DNA of 38,038 nt from a virus, in IMG/VR virus record IMGVR_UViG_3300023213_000358, positions 1 through 38,038 of that record. One strand, 5' to 3'. The notes below the pieces were generated by a model. The model was not told where the DNA came from, did no database searches, and worked only from the letters and a program-made list of their open reading frames with translations. Positions 14,318 through 21,795 of the stretch are shown in pieces. The translations under genes were made by a program, and so were the position numbers. The first letter of the stretch is position 1. Each line of letters opens with the position of its first letter.

Positions 14318-14475
14318 GGGGTGAGTTGCGCGTGACCATCGGGGTAGAGCACAAGATGATGCGCGATGACGGGCGGGGCGGGGGCTGTCCAGACCAGCGG
14401 GGCCACCCGGCGCGGGGGCGGGCTATTCACACAGCCTGTGAACAGCAGAAGACCCGCTAGCATGAAGATTTTCAT
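14314..14475 (-). CDS. 53-aa proline-rich lipoprotein (below the ORF-track cut-off)
   Basis: My own translation: MKIFMLAGLLLFTGCVNSPPPRRVAPLVWTAPAPPVIAHHLVLYPDGHAQLTP*. Signal peptide plus lipobox (FTGC). Strong SD (GAGAGGAGTCCTGATG). Confidence 0.6.
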   Translation of the reverse strand: MKIFMLAGLLLFTGCVNSPPPRRVAPLVWTAPAPPVIAHHLVLYPDGHAQLTP

Positions 14476-14732
14476 CAGGACTCCTCTCGCCACAATTTCT
14501 GCGAGCGCTCAACCTCGGGGTACGCCTGGAGCAGGCACAGCAGCTCCCACACAATCGCGGGCATACGCCGCAGCCCCTGCTCCCACGCCTCCACCGTGCG
14601 CGGACCGACGTAGACCAAATCGCCGAAATCCTGACGCGTCAGTGCCATCTGCTCACGCAGCTCGCGGATTTCGGCTGGCTTGGGACTGGTCCCTGGGCGG
14701 GTGGGCTGGGAGCGGTGGGGATGGGTGGTCAT
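14475..14732 (-). CDS. HTH regulator (XRE/antitoxin/Aca-like)
   Basis: IRELREQMALTRQDFGDLVYVGPRTVEAWEQGLRRMPAIVWELLCLLQAYP fits the pattern of small HTH antitoxin/Aca-type regulators. ATG at 14732 has an AGAGG SD. Confidence 0.7.
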   Translation of the reverse strand: MTTHPHRSQPTRPGTSPKPAEIRELREQMALTRQDFGDLVYVGPRTVEAWEQGLRRMPAIVWELLCLLQAYPEVERSQKLWREES

Positions 14733-14773
14733 ATCGCCTCTGAGTTGCCTCTCTTTCGCGCCAAGCCCTCTCT

Positions 14774-15079
14774 CTACTCGCAGCAATGATCTCGCACCAG
14801 GACGGGCGTAGCGGCATTACCGCGGGCCAAAAATCGATGCCGGATACTCTGGGCATCGAACTGACCTGCTCCAACAGACGCCATACATCCCCGGTAACCG
14901 GGGACGTATCCAGCCTCATACCACCCGACCGTCTGGCCGCATCCCTGGACCGGGCATGGAACGTTTGTGACCGCAGCCAAATAATCAGGCTGGCCGTACC
15001 GATCGTGACGTGGCGGCATGTCGTAGACCTCATGCTGACGCCAGCTATCCGGGTGCAGACTGTGCTCCTCGTATCGCAT
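14774..15079 (-). CDS. Hypothetical protein (Cys-containing, no recognisable family)
   Basis: ORF from the track. SD GAGGAG upstream of the ATG. Confidence 0.65.
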   Translation of the reverse strand: MRYEEHSLHPDSWRQHEVYDMPPRHDRYGQPDYLAAVTNVPCPVQGCGQTVGWYEAGYVPGYRGCMASVGAGQFDAQSIRHRFLARGNAATPVLVRDHCCE

Positions 15080-15082
15080 GAC

Positions 15083-15397
15083 TCAGCTCTCCTCGTCGTA
15101 CATGCCGCTGCTGTAGTAGCTGGGGGAGTCGCGGCGCCCGTCCCAGCCGTATTTGCGGCGATATAGTCTCTCTACCGCTTGGCGCGAGCTGCCGCGATCC
15201 GAAGAGGGCTCCCGTGCCGATCTCTGAGAGATGGCACAGAGTGTGATCCCATTGCCACTCCAGAGCACCTGAGTCACCGTTTCGTTTTTCGTCTCGCCGG
15301 ACTTTTTGGTGACCGTAATGAGGTCACCTTTCCGCGCTGCTCCCTCGCAGCGGATACCCCACTCGCCATTCTTGAGCTTCGTGTAGGTCGCGGCCAT
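15083..15397 (-). CDS. Hypothetical protein (N-terminal TKLKNGEWGIR... beta-rich domain, C-terminal YGWDG..SYYSSGMYDE)
   Basis: ORF from the track. SD GGAGAGACAAATG. First gene after a near-consensus promoter. Confidence 0.7.
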   Translation of the reverse strand: MAATYTKLKNGEWGIRCEGAARKGDLITVTKKSGETKNETVTQVLWSGNGITLCAISQRSAREPSSDRGSSRQAVERLYRRKYGWDGRRDSPSYYSSGMYDEES

Positions 15398-15457
15398 TTG
15401 TCTCTCCGAGCCCCTGATCTGCGAGGCGCCAGCCGGTCGGTATCGACCCTGGACGCT

Positions 15458-15503
15458 ATACTACATCGTCGTGATACGACTGTCAACTACTTTGTCGTAG
15501 TTG
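15458..15503 (-). promoter_or_regulatory. Near-consensus sigma70-type promoter with an overlapping inverted repeat (operator candidate)
   Basis: On the - strand: TTGACA (15486-15481), a 17-nt spacer, then TAGTAT (15463-15458). The perfect inverted repeat CAACTAC-N6-GTAGTTG (15484-15503) overlaps the -35. Confidence 0.6.
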
Positions 15504-15781
15504 GTTTGTTCTGATGTCAAATGTCCGAAAACGGCGAGTCCGCCAAGGCCTAAAACGGCGGGCGTGTCAAGAGTGCCTCGAGAGGTGTCAGGACTGTGAC
15601 AATCCCGCGGAGTCAGGCGTAGGCTTACGGTGTCCGGGGGGCAAACAGGCGCCTGGCGGAGGCACGAGGTGGTGTCTCGCTGCCTTCCGCCAGGCCCCTA
15701 CGGGCTTACCCTGCGTCTGCCCGGAAGGACGGGACGGGTCCGCAGTCGACCACGAGTTTCACGGGGTGGAGTTCACTCGCG

Positions 15782-16108
15782 ATGACCGAGGATAGCACAG
15801 TTGCGAAGAATCGTAGTCTTGATTCCTGGTGGGAGTCTTCTAATTACTTGTTCTTCTTGTACATTCGCAAGCGCTTAGCCGAAGCCCCGCACGCTTGGGG
15901 CCGCTTCCACCGGACGGCCGATCGTACAACGCCTCAAGCGCACAGTACCCGTCTTGCCCTCCGGCACAAAACCGCGTGGGCCGAAGAAATGGCCGAGTTT
16001 GAGAACCACCCGTCGGGTTCTTACGCGAAACAGCGCTGGAAAGCCCAGATGGCGGCCGCCGAAACCGAGATCACCCGCCACCTGAGCGCCCTGAAGGAGT
16101 CCTCATGA
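15782..16108 (+). CDS. Hypothetical protein upstream of the replication initiator (5' boundary uncertain)
   Basis: ORF from the track. The 3' half is GC3-rich and ends in an ATGA overlap with 16105. The 5' third is AT-richer and may be promoter rather than coding. Confidence 0.4.
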   Translation: MTEDSTVAKNRSLDSWWESSNYLFFLYIRKRLAEAPHAWGRFHRTADRTTPQAHSTRLALRHKTAWAEEMAEFENHPSGSYAKQRWKAQMAAAETEITRHLSALKESS

Positions 16109-16959
16109 GCTTCCCAGCCTTGCGTTGGGCCTTCGCCCTCACGTTGCGCCCGCCCGAGAAAGCCGTACTGCTCGCCCTCGCCTGGTTTGCCAACCCTGCC
16201 GAATGCGCTTGGCCCAGTCTCTCTACGCTGGTCCAATCGACCGGCCTCAGCCGTCGGACGGTCCTGTATGCCTTGAAGCGTCTGCGTGAGCTGGGCTTGA
16301 TCACGCTCGATCCGAAAACCGATTTCCCCTCTCTGACGAGCTACCGGCTACGCTTGGAAGACCCCGTGCAGGACTTGCACCCCCCCGTGCAGGACTTGCA
16401 CCCCCCCGTGCAGGACTTGCACCCCCCCGTGCAGGACTTGCACCCCCCCGTGCAAATAACGTCGTCAGGGGGTGCACCTCTTGCACTAGGGGGTGCACCT
16501 CTTGCACCCAATCTTCCATCTAACTCTTCAGAAATCTACCATCAAGAGTCCGACGCGCGCGCCCGCGTGCGTGAGCCTACGGCGCCGCGGGCGCGCAGGA
16601 CCCGAGCCCCCAACCCAGACCCAGACCCAAGCCCCGCCCCGTCCCCCCTCGCCCCGCCTCCCCTGCGCTCCCCCTTCACGATGGTCCCCGCCCCCCCTTC
16701 CCCCGTGGATTCTGAGCTCGCCCGCCGCGCCGACATCGACCGCCGACGCCGCCAAGCCGCGGAAATCGTTCGACAATGTGAGGCCCAAGCCTCCCGCGCT
16801 GGGACAGCCACTAGACAGGTGTCTAACGATGACAGCGCTGTCATTGGCTCACCTGTGAAACAATCGCAGGTCACTCAAGGCGGATTGATTCACCCATGCG
16901 ACAATCCAGAGCTCTCAAGCGCGGTCGCAAATGGGCATGACCGCGAGAATGAACACTAA
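16105..16959 (+). CDS. Replication initiator-like protein (N-terminal winged-HTH of the HTH_36 type; iterons inside the gene)
   Basis: KAVLLALAWFANPAECAWPSLSTLVQSTGLSRRTVLYALKRLRELGLI. In-frame PVQDLHP x4 encoded by the iterons. Pro-rich, low-complexity middle. Confidence 0.7.
   Translation: MSFPALRWAFALTLRPPEKAVLLALAWFANPAECAWPSLSTLVQSTGLSRRTVLYALKRLRELGLITLDPKTDFPSLTSYRLRLEDPVQDLHPPVQDLHPPVQDLHPPVQDLHPPVQITSSGGAPLALGGAPLAPNLPSNSSEIYHQESDARARVREPTAPRARRTRAPNPDPDPSPAPSPLAPPPLRSPFTMVPAPPSPVDSELARRADIDRRRRQAAEIVRQCEAQASRAGTATRQVSNDDSAVIGSPVKQSQVTQGGLIHPCDNPELSSAVANGHDRENEH
16362..16507. repeat. Iteron array: 4 x 21-bp direct repeats (GTGCAGGACTTGCAC cores) plus 2 x 21-bp repeats of the related core GTGCACCTCTTGCAC; putative origin of replication
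   Basis: Cores at 16366-80, 16387-401, 16408-22, 16429-43, a partial copy at 16450, then 16472-86 and 16493-507. All have the form GTGCA-N5-TGCAC. A lower-GC stretch follows at 16508-16548. Confidence 0.8.
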
Positions 16960-17391
16960 AGTGGGCCATCAGAGTCGGGTAACTCCTTGATTACCTTCGA
17001 ATTGCTGCGCTGATCCTTCGCATAATAGCTATTATGTTAAATGCATTGCTGCGGTGCACCCTGGCGGTGTAATCGGTTTTCGCGAGGGCGAGTGACCGGG
17101 CGGCGGGACGTTCACGTGGTTACCACGCTTTTCCCGCAAAAAAGAAAAATTCCGTAGGGAGTCAGGGGGTTGCGCAGGGGGAGGTTGACAAGTCCCGACC
17201 AGGCGCGGCAGGGTATCGGGTGTTGTGGCGACGTTGCTGACGGGTACCAACCGGGTGGTGTCCGGTCGCCCGCAGACCAGGGACGGGGCGGCGCGCAGTC
17301 TACCGCAAGTTGTAAGGTACGAAGGCAGGACGTCACGACAAAGGGGTTTACGTTCAAGCCCTTACGGGTGCGCTCGCAACGAGGGGGAAGT

Positions 17392-17649
17392 ATGGCTTTG
17401 AGTGCCGAAGCGCAGCATGTGGTGGATGCGTTGGAGGCGCATTTGACGGCGATTCGGCTGTATGCGCACACGGGGAGTGAGGCGGTGGTCGAGCAGCTGC
17501 GGGGGTTGGGGGACGCGGTACTGGCGAGGTTGGACGCATGGGGGGTGAGTGTGCGCGGGGAGTTTGAAGCGCACGCGAAGGAGTTTGCGGCGACCCGCTC
17601 GGGGAGTGCAACTCAACCCAACACCAACAAACCTAACACCAACACATGA
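17392..17649 (+). CDS. Hypothetical 85-aa protein, first gene of the late operon
   Basis: ATG at 17392 with SD GAGGGGGAAGT. In frame with track ORF 17170..17649. Confidence 0.65.
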   Translation: MALSAEAQHVVDALEAHLTAIRLYAHTGSEAVVEQLRGLGDAVLARLDAWGVSVRGEFEAHAKEFAATRSGSATQPNTNKPNTNT

Positions 17650-18047
17650 TTACCCCCACCGTCGGTCGCGTGGTGTTCACCTTCCAACCCTCTGCTCCAA
17701 CACGCTCGATGTTGACGTACGTTGAAGTCAGTTTGCCCAGTCAGCCGGGGGTGCACTTTGTCTGCACACTGCTCGGATTTGGGGCACTGCGCTGCGGGTG
17801 TTGTGAGGCGGTGTTGGGACCGGAGACGGGCGTGAAGTTGGGAATGCACTGCCACGGGTGCGGGGCCGTAGTGACGAAACTTGAGCGGGAGGGCGATACC
17901 CGTGGACAGTCCTCGCGAACTGGCGCAAGTCAAGAGCCTGAAGCCCTGGCCGCAGCGCGATCGGGAGGCGATGGCGAGCACGGTGCAGTATCTGACTCGG
18001 GAGCACGAAGCGGGTCACCTGCGCGAGTTGGTGTTCGTCAGCTTTGA
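17646..18047 (+). CDS. Cys-rich small protein (CGCC...HCHGC); 3' third is in a non-coding-looking frame
   Basis: ATGA overlap upstream. GC3-rich only up to about 17880. Overlaps the next ORF by 167 nt. Confidence 0.45.
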   Translation: MITPTVGRVVFTFQPSAPTRSMLTYVEVSLPSQPGVHFVCTLLGFGALRCGCCEAVLGPETGVKLGMHCHGCGAVVTKLEREGDTRGQSSRTGASQEPEALAAARSGGDGEHGAVSDSGARSGSPARVGVRQL

Positions 18048-18189
18048 TGCCCAGGCGGATGTCAACCTGTTGGTCTCGGGGAACATGTCGGTTGCGCATC
18101 TCGCGCTAGCGATTGCGTATCTGCAAGAGATGCTGACGCAGTATCTGAGGCGTGCCGGGGACCGCGCCCCGCCGATCCCGATCGCCTGA
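17881..18189 (+). CDS. Hypothetical protein (possible small terminase by position only)
   Basis: GC3-rich frame that opens at 17875. Possible starts are TTG 17881, GTG 17902 and ATG 17971. Confidence 0.55.
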   Translation: MSGRAIPVDSPRELAQVKSLKPWPQRDREAMASTVQYLTREHEAGHLRELVFVSFDAQADVNLLVSGNMSVAHLALAIAYLQEMLTQYLRRAGDRAPPIPIA

Positions 18190-18203
18190 ACCGCTAATCT
18201 CCC

Positions 18204-18413
18204 GTGATCGGGCCATTCATATGGGAGTTGCGCGGGCCTGGCCTTACCGTGCCCCTCAATCTTGAGGTCAGCCTGCCTCTGGCTGAAGCGGTGGGACTGA
18301 CGGTCGAGGCGTACGTCAAACATCGCTTGTGGGAGGCATATCTATGCGCTCAGGGGGTGCTACAGCCAACGGGGCCGATGTTACCCTCCGAGCTCATTGA
18401 GCGACCGCCGTGA
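18204..18413 (+). CDS. Hypothetical small protein
   Basis: ORF from the track. Its stop overlaps the terminase GTG (GTGA). No SD. Confidence 0.4.
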   Translation: MIGPFIWELRGPGLTVPLNLEVSLPLAEAVGLTVEAYVKHRLWEAYLCAQGVLQPTGPMLPSELIERPP

Positions 18414-20332
18414 GTTTTTCCCTCAGTGACTTCTGGGGGTGGTGCGCGCGCCTCGCGATCAATTCCAAAGAGTTTGGCACCGTCGCCTTTGACAAACCGT
18501 ATGGTCCGCAGCGTTGGGTACTGCGCGAAGTCGCCCGAGGGTTGGACGAGGGCGTGCATGACTTCACCAATCTCAAGTGCCGGCAGATCGGGATCTCGAC
18601 GGCCTTTCTGGGGCTGGATCTGTACTGGCCGTTCACGCACGAGGGCTTGGACGGCACGATCGTCACCCATGATGAGCAGACGCATGTTGCCTTTCGCACG
18701 CAGCTCTCCGAGTACTACCGCTCCTTGCCGCGCGCCTTGAAGCCCCGGCAGGTCACGCACAACGTGATCGAGTTCGTGTTCCGGTTTCGCTCGGGGGTCA
18801 TCTCGCGCCTGCAATACCAGATCGCCGGCGTGCGCGCGTCCGGCAACAACAAGTTGGGGCGGGCAAAGGGCAATGCGTATCTGCATGCCACAGAGATGGC
18901 CTTCTGGGGCGACCAACAGTCGATTCAGTCGTTGAACAACTCCCTTGCCGAGACTAACCCGAACCGCCTCTATATTCGTGAGTCCACCGCCAACGGTTAT
19001 AACGCCTTTGAAGAACAGTGGCGCATGGCCTGCCGCGCGACGACACAGCGGGGAATTTTCGTCTCCTGGTGGGCGCATGAGCTCTACCGGGTCCCAGAAG
19101 GCTCCCCGATCTACAAAACCTACTGGGGCTCGAGCGGCAAGATGACCCGCGAAGAGGGACAACTCGCCCGCGATGTGGCGCTGCTCTATGGTCCTGCGAT
19201 GGAGTATGTGAACGGCACGAAGGAGATCAGTCCCGAGCAGATCGCCTGGTATCGCTGGTACTCAGAGGAAAAAGTCGGCGACCCGGACATGGTGAACCAG
19301 GAGATGCCCTGGACCGAGCACCAGGCGTTTGTGGTGACGGGCGCGCAGTACTTCTCCGCGCGCGAGCTCACCGATGCCCACAAGGCGCTCGCGCACGATC
19401 CCACGCCCACCTATCTGCGGGTGGAGATCCGCCACACGATGACCGACACGCAGATCCTCGCGACCCCCAAGCGCGTGTCGAATCTGCATGTGTACGCACA
19501 GCCGGTGGACGGAGCGCAGTATGTCCTGGGGGCGGACCCCGCGTTTGGTTCTTCTGACTGGGCCGATCGCTTTTGTCTGTCGGTCTGGCGTTGTTATGCC
19601 GATCGGATCGAGCAGGTCGCCGAGTACTGCACCCCGGACTGTCTGCCCTACGCCTTTGCGTGGGTGTTGTGTTACTTGGGCGGGTGCTACTCCCCGTGTG
19701 CGTGGAATCTGGAAGTGAATGGCCCGGGTCAAGCGGTGCTCGGGGAGATGGACAACCTGCGGCGTCAGCAGTGGGCCGGCACCGATCACGACAAGCAGAC
19801 GATGAAGAACTTCCTCGCGGGGATGAAGGAGTTTCTCTACGCTCGCCCGGATCAGATTTCCCGCCTGCCCACCGCCCGCGGCACGGTGTCCACGCTGAAG
19901 GAGAAGCGCCGCTACTTCGACACCTTCAAGGGCTATTTCGCGCGCGGCATGGTCGTGACGCACTCCCGGGAGCTGCTCGAAGAGATGAAGTGGGTGTCGG
20001 TGCAGCCCGGGGAAGCCCCTTCTGCGGCCGGTCGGCGCAAGGATGACCGGGTGATTGCGGCGTGTTTAGCGGTGACGGCGTGGCATGATCGCTTGCGCGC
20101 GGGCTTGATGGCGCGCAATGTGACGCACCAGCGCACTGAGAAAGAGCCGACGAAACAACTGACCCCGATGGAAGCTCTGGTCGCCAAACAGCGCACGCTC
20201 CTGGGGCTCGCCGACCCGAAGGCCCAAGGCTCGCGTGAGCCGGGCGCTGGCGCTCCCGCCGTGCCCGCGGCCGGTCGCTCGTTTGCGGGCCGGCGCACGA
20301 CCCGACGGCACTTTGGAGGAGCTCGACGATGA
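18410..20332 (+). CDS. terL: Terminase large subunit
   Basis: ATPase P-loop-like KCRQIGISTAF. Nuclease-domain patterns YVLGADPAFGSSDWADRFCLSVW and RKDDRVIAACLA. Size and position precede the portal. Confidence 0.85.
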   Translation: MSFSLSDFWGWCARLAINSKEFGTVAFDKPYGPQRWVLREVARGLDEGVHDFTNLKCRQIGISTAFLGLDLYWPFTHEGLDGTIVTHDEQTHVAFRTQLSEYYRSLPRALKPRQVTHNVIEFVFRFRSGVISRLQYQIAGVRASGNNKLGRAKGNAYLHATEMAFWGDQQSIQSLNNSLAETNPNRLYIRESTANGYNAFEEQWRMACRATTQRGIFVSWWAHELYRVPEGSPIYKTYWGSSGKMTREEGQLARDVALLYGPAMEYVNGTKEISPEQIAWYRWYSEEKVGDPDMVNQEMPWTEHQAFVVTGAQYFSARELTDAHKALAHDPTPTYLRVEIRHTMTDTQILATPKRVSNLHVYAQPVDGAQYVLGADPAFGSSDWADRFCLSVWRCYADRIEQVAEYCTPDCLPYAFAWVLCYLGGCYSPCAWNLEVNGPGQAVLGEMDNLRRQQWAGTDHDKQTMKNFLAGMKEFLYARPDQISRLPTARGTVSTLKEKRRYFDTFKGYFARGMVVTHSRELLEEMKWVSVQPGEAPSAAGRRKDDRVIAACLAVTAWHDRLRAGLMARNVTHQRTEKEPTKQLTPMEALVAKQRTLLGLADPKAQGSREPGAGAPAVPAAGRSFAGRRTTRRHFGGARR

Positions 20333-20667
20333 CAGCCCCGCTCGACTTTTGGAAACTGATCGCCGCGACGCAACCGCTGGGCCGGCTGTCGTTGGTCGGC
20401 TCCCCCGGGTTACTCAACACCAAGAACCAGGTGTGGGCCGAGCAGATCCACCAAGCGCAGGTCTTCCAGCGCCACGGACTGTCCGAGGAAGAAGTGAGTT
20501 TAATGGGCGCGGCCTGGTGTGTGCGCCTCGTGAACGCCCGCCGGGCCATCGAGCGAGCGATCAGCGAGAAGTTAGTTTCGACGGCCTACCAGCTGCGGCA
20601 GGCGGGGTTTATGACCAACTTGGCCTTCCCGGTGGCCCTCCCACCGCTACCCCCGAGAATGCCGTGA
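20329..20667 (+). CDS. Hypothetical protein
   Basis: ATGA overlap with the terL stop. SD GGAG. Confidence 0.6.
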   Translation: MTAPLDFWKLIAATQPLGRLSLVGSPGLLNTKNQVWAEQIHQAQVFQRHGLSEEEVSLMGAAWCVRLVNARRAIERAISEKLVSTAYQLRQAGFMTNLAFPVALPPLPPRMP

Positions 20668-21314
20668 AAGCCTATCTCTGGCTGCTGCCCGCGATCCTCG
20701 TCTGGCTGTCCTACCTCGCTCCGCTCGCCCCGTGGCTGCTCTGGGTCCACCCGCACTGGTGGAGCCTGCCCTTGGCTCTGGTGCTCTCGCCGGCGGGCTT
20801 GCCGATTGCCTTGGGCTTTCCTCTCGTCGCGCTCTTCGCGGGGCTTGAGCGCTATCACGTCGACGCTTCTTGCCAGTACCCGGGTCGCTCGGTGCTCACG
20901 TGGATTGATTCACCGGTGAGACAATGGTGGGGAAACGAGGAAAACGGGATCAATGGGGCGACAGGACCGTTGCCCGCGGGCTGGCCTCGGGTGGCGTGGC
21001 CCCTGTGGCGGCAAATCTGGGTCTGGTCGGCATGGCGCAATTCGGTCGGGAACGCCCGCTGGCTCCCGTACTACGGCTGCACCGTGGACCCCAAGAGGGT
21101 GCACGTGTATATGTTCACGCCCGGACTGCACGAGACCAAGGTGGGGCAGTATCTGGCGCGCTTCGGGTGGCGATTTGAACTGCGCCTCTGTTACAACCCG
21201 ACGCAGTTGGAGTGGCAGAAACGCCGGTTTTTGTGGGTGGGCTGGCGCCTCGCGCAGCAAACGACGCTCACGCCTGGGGTTGGCTTCGCGTTCCAGCTCT
21301 GGGCGGCGCTATGA
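20664..21314 (+). CDS. Trp-rich integral membrane protein (function unknown)
   Basis: GTG at 20664 forms a GTGA overlap. TM segments LWLLPAILVWLSYLAPLAPWLLWV and LPLALVLSPAGLPIALGFPLVALFAGL. Then WWGNEENG...IWVWSAWRNSVGNARW. Confidence 0.6.
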   Translation: MKAYLWLLPAILVWLSYLAPLAPWLLWVHPHWWSLPLALVLSPAGLPIALGFPLVALFAGLERYHVDASCQYPGRSVLTWIDSPVRQWWGNEENGINGATGPLPAGWPRVAWPLWRQIWVWSAWRNSVGNARWLPYYGCTVDPKRVHVYMFTPGLHETKVGQYLARFGWRFELRLCYNPTQLEWQKRRFLWVGWRLAQQTTLTPGVGFAFQLWAAL

Positions 21315-21790
21315 TGCCTTTCACCGCCGATCATCCCCGCAACCGCGCCCCGCCCGGGGTGTTCTCGTGCGAGGAGATCCGCTACTGGATCAAAGAACTC
21401 ACCACGCGCTACGAGTGGAGTGCGACCGCGCTCGCCTCGGCCTTGGGGTTCCACGACAAGTGGGCCCCGCAGTCGCTGCTGTGCAAGATCCGCGCGCGTC
21501 CCGCGTGGATCTATCCCGGAGAGCAGATTCGCATCTCCCGGGGCCTCGAGCGGGTGCTCTCGGGCGAGCTCGTCTGTCGCCGGACCGAGATCCGTGGTCG
21601 ACGGCGCGTGTTCGCCGTGGTCGCAGATCACCCCGTGCCGCTCAAGCGCCCGCCGCGCTGGCGTTACAACCTCGCTGCGCTGCGCTTGGAGCGCGTCATC
21701 GGCCTGCCCCCGCGCCCCAGTCCCGCACTGCCCTCCTTCCGGAGCGTGGTCGGCATCCCACACCGCACCTGGACGGCGGCGAAAGAGTAG
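21311..21790 (+). CDS. Hypothetical basic protein
   Basis: ATGA overlap upstream. In frame with track ORF 21212..21790. Confidence 0.6.
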   Translation: MMPFTADHPRNRAPPGVFSCEEIRYWIKELTTRYEWSATALASALGFHDKWAPQSLLCKIRARPAWIYPGEQIRISRGLERVLSGELVCRRTEIRGRRRVFAVVADHPVPLKRPPRWRYNLAALRLERVIGLPPRPSPALPSFRSVVGIPHRTWTAAKE

Positions 21791-21795
21791 CGCGC

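Noticed and set aside
15514-15795. 93-aa Cys-rich ORF in the divergent control region.
   Set aside because: It has no SD and only moderate GC3, and it starts inside the promoter/operator cluster. It is largely composed of sequence that folds into long GC-rich hairpins. I kept it as a structured non-coding region, though a real small protein cannot be excluded.
16362-16507. Regularly spaced 21-bp repeats as a possible CRISPR array.
   Set aside because: The repeats are contiguous with no spacers, lie in frame within a protein-coding gene, and are dyad-symmetric binding-site-like units. Iterons are the better explanation.
17032-17471. - strand ORFs 17032..17250 and 17112..17471 in the large intergenic region.
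   Set aside because: They are Pro/Arg-rich translations with no SD, oriented against the flanking operons. The region is better explained as regulatory or packaging DNA.
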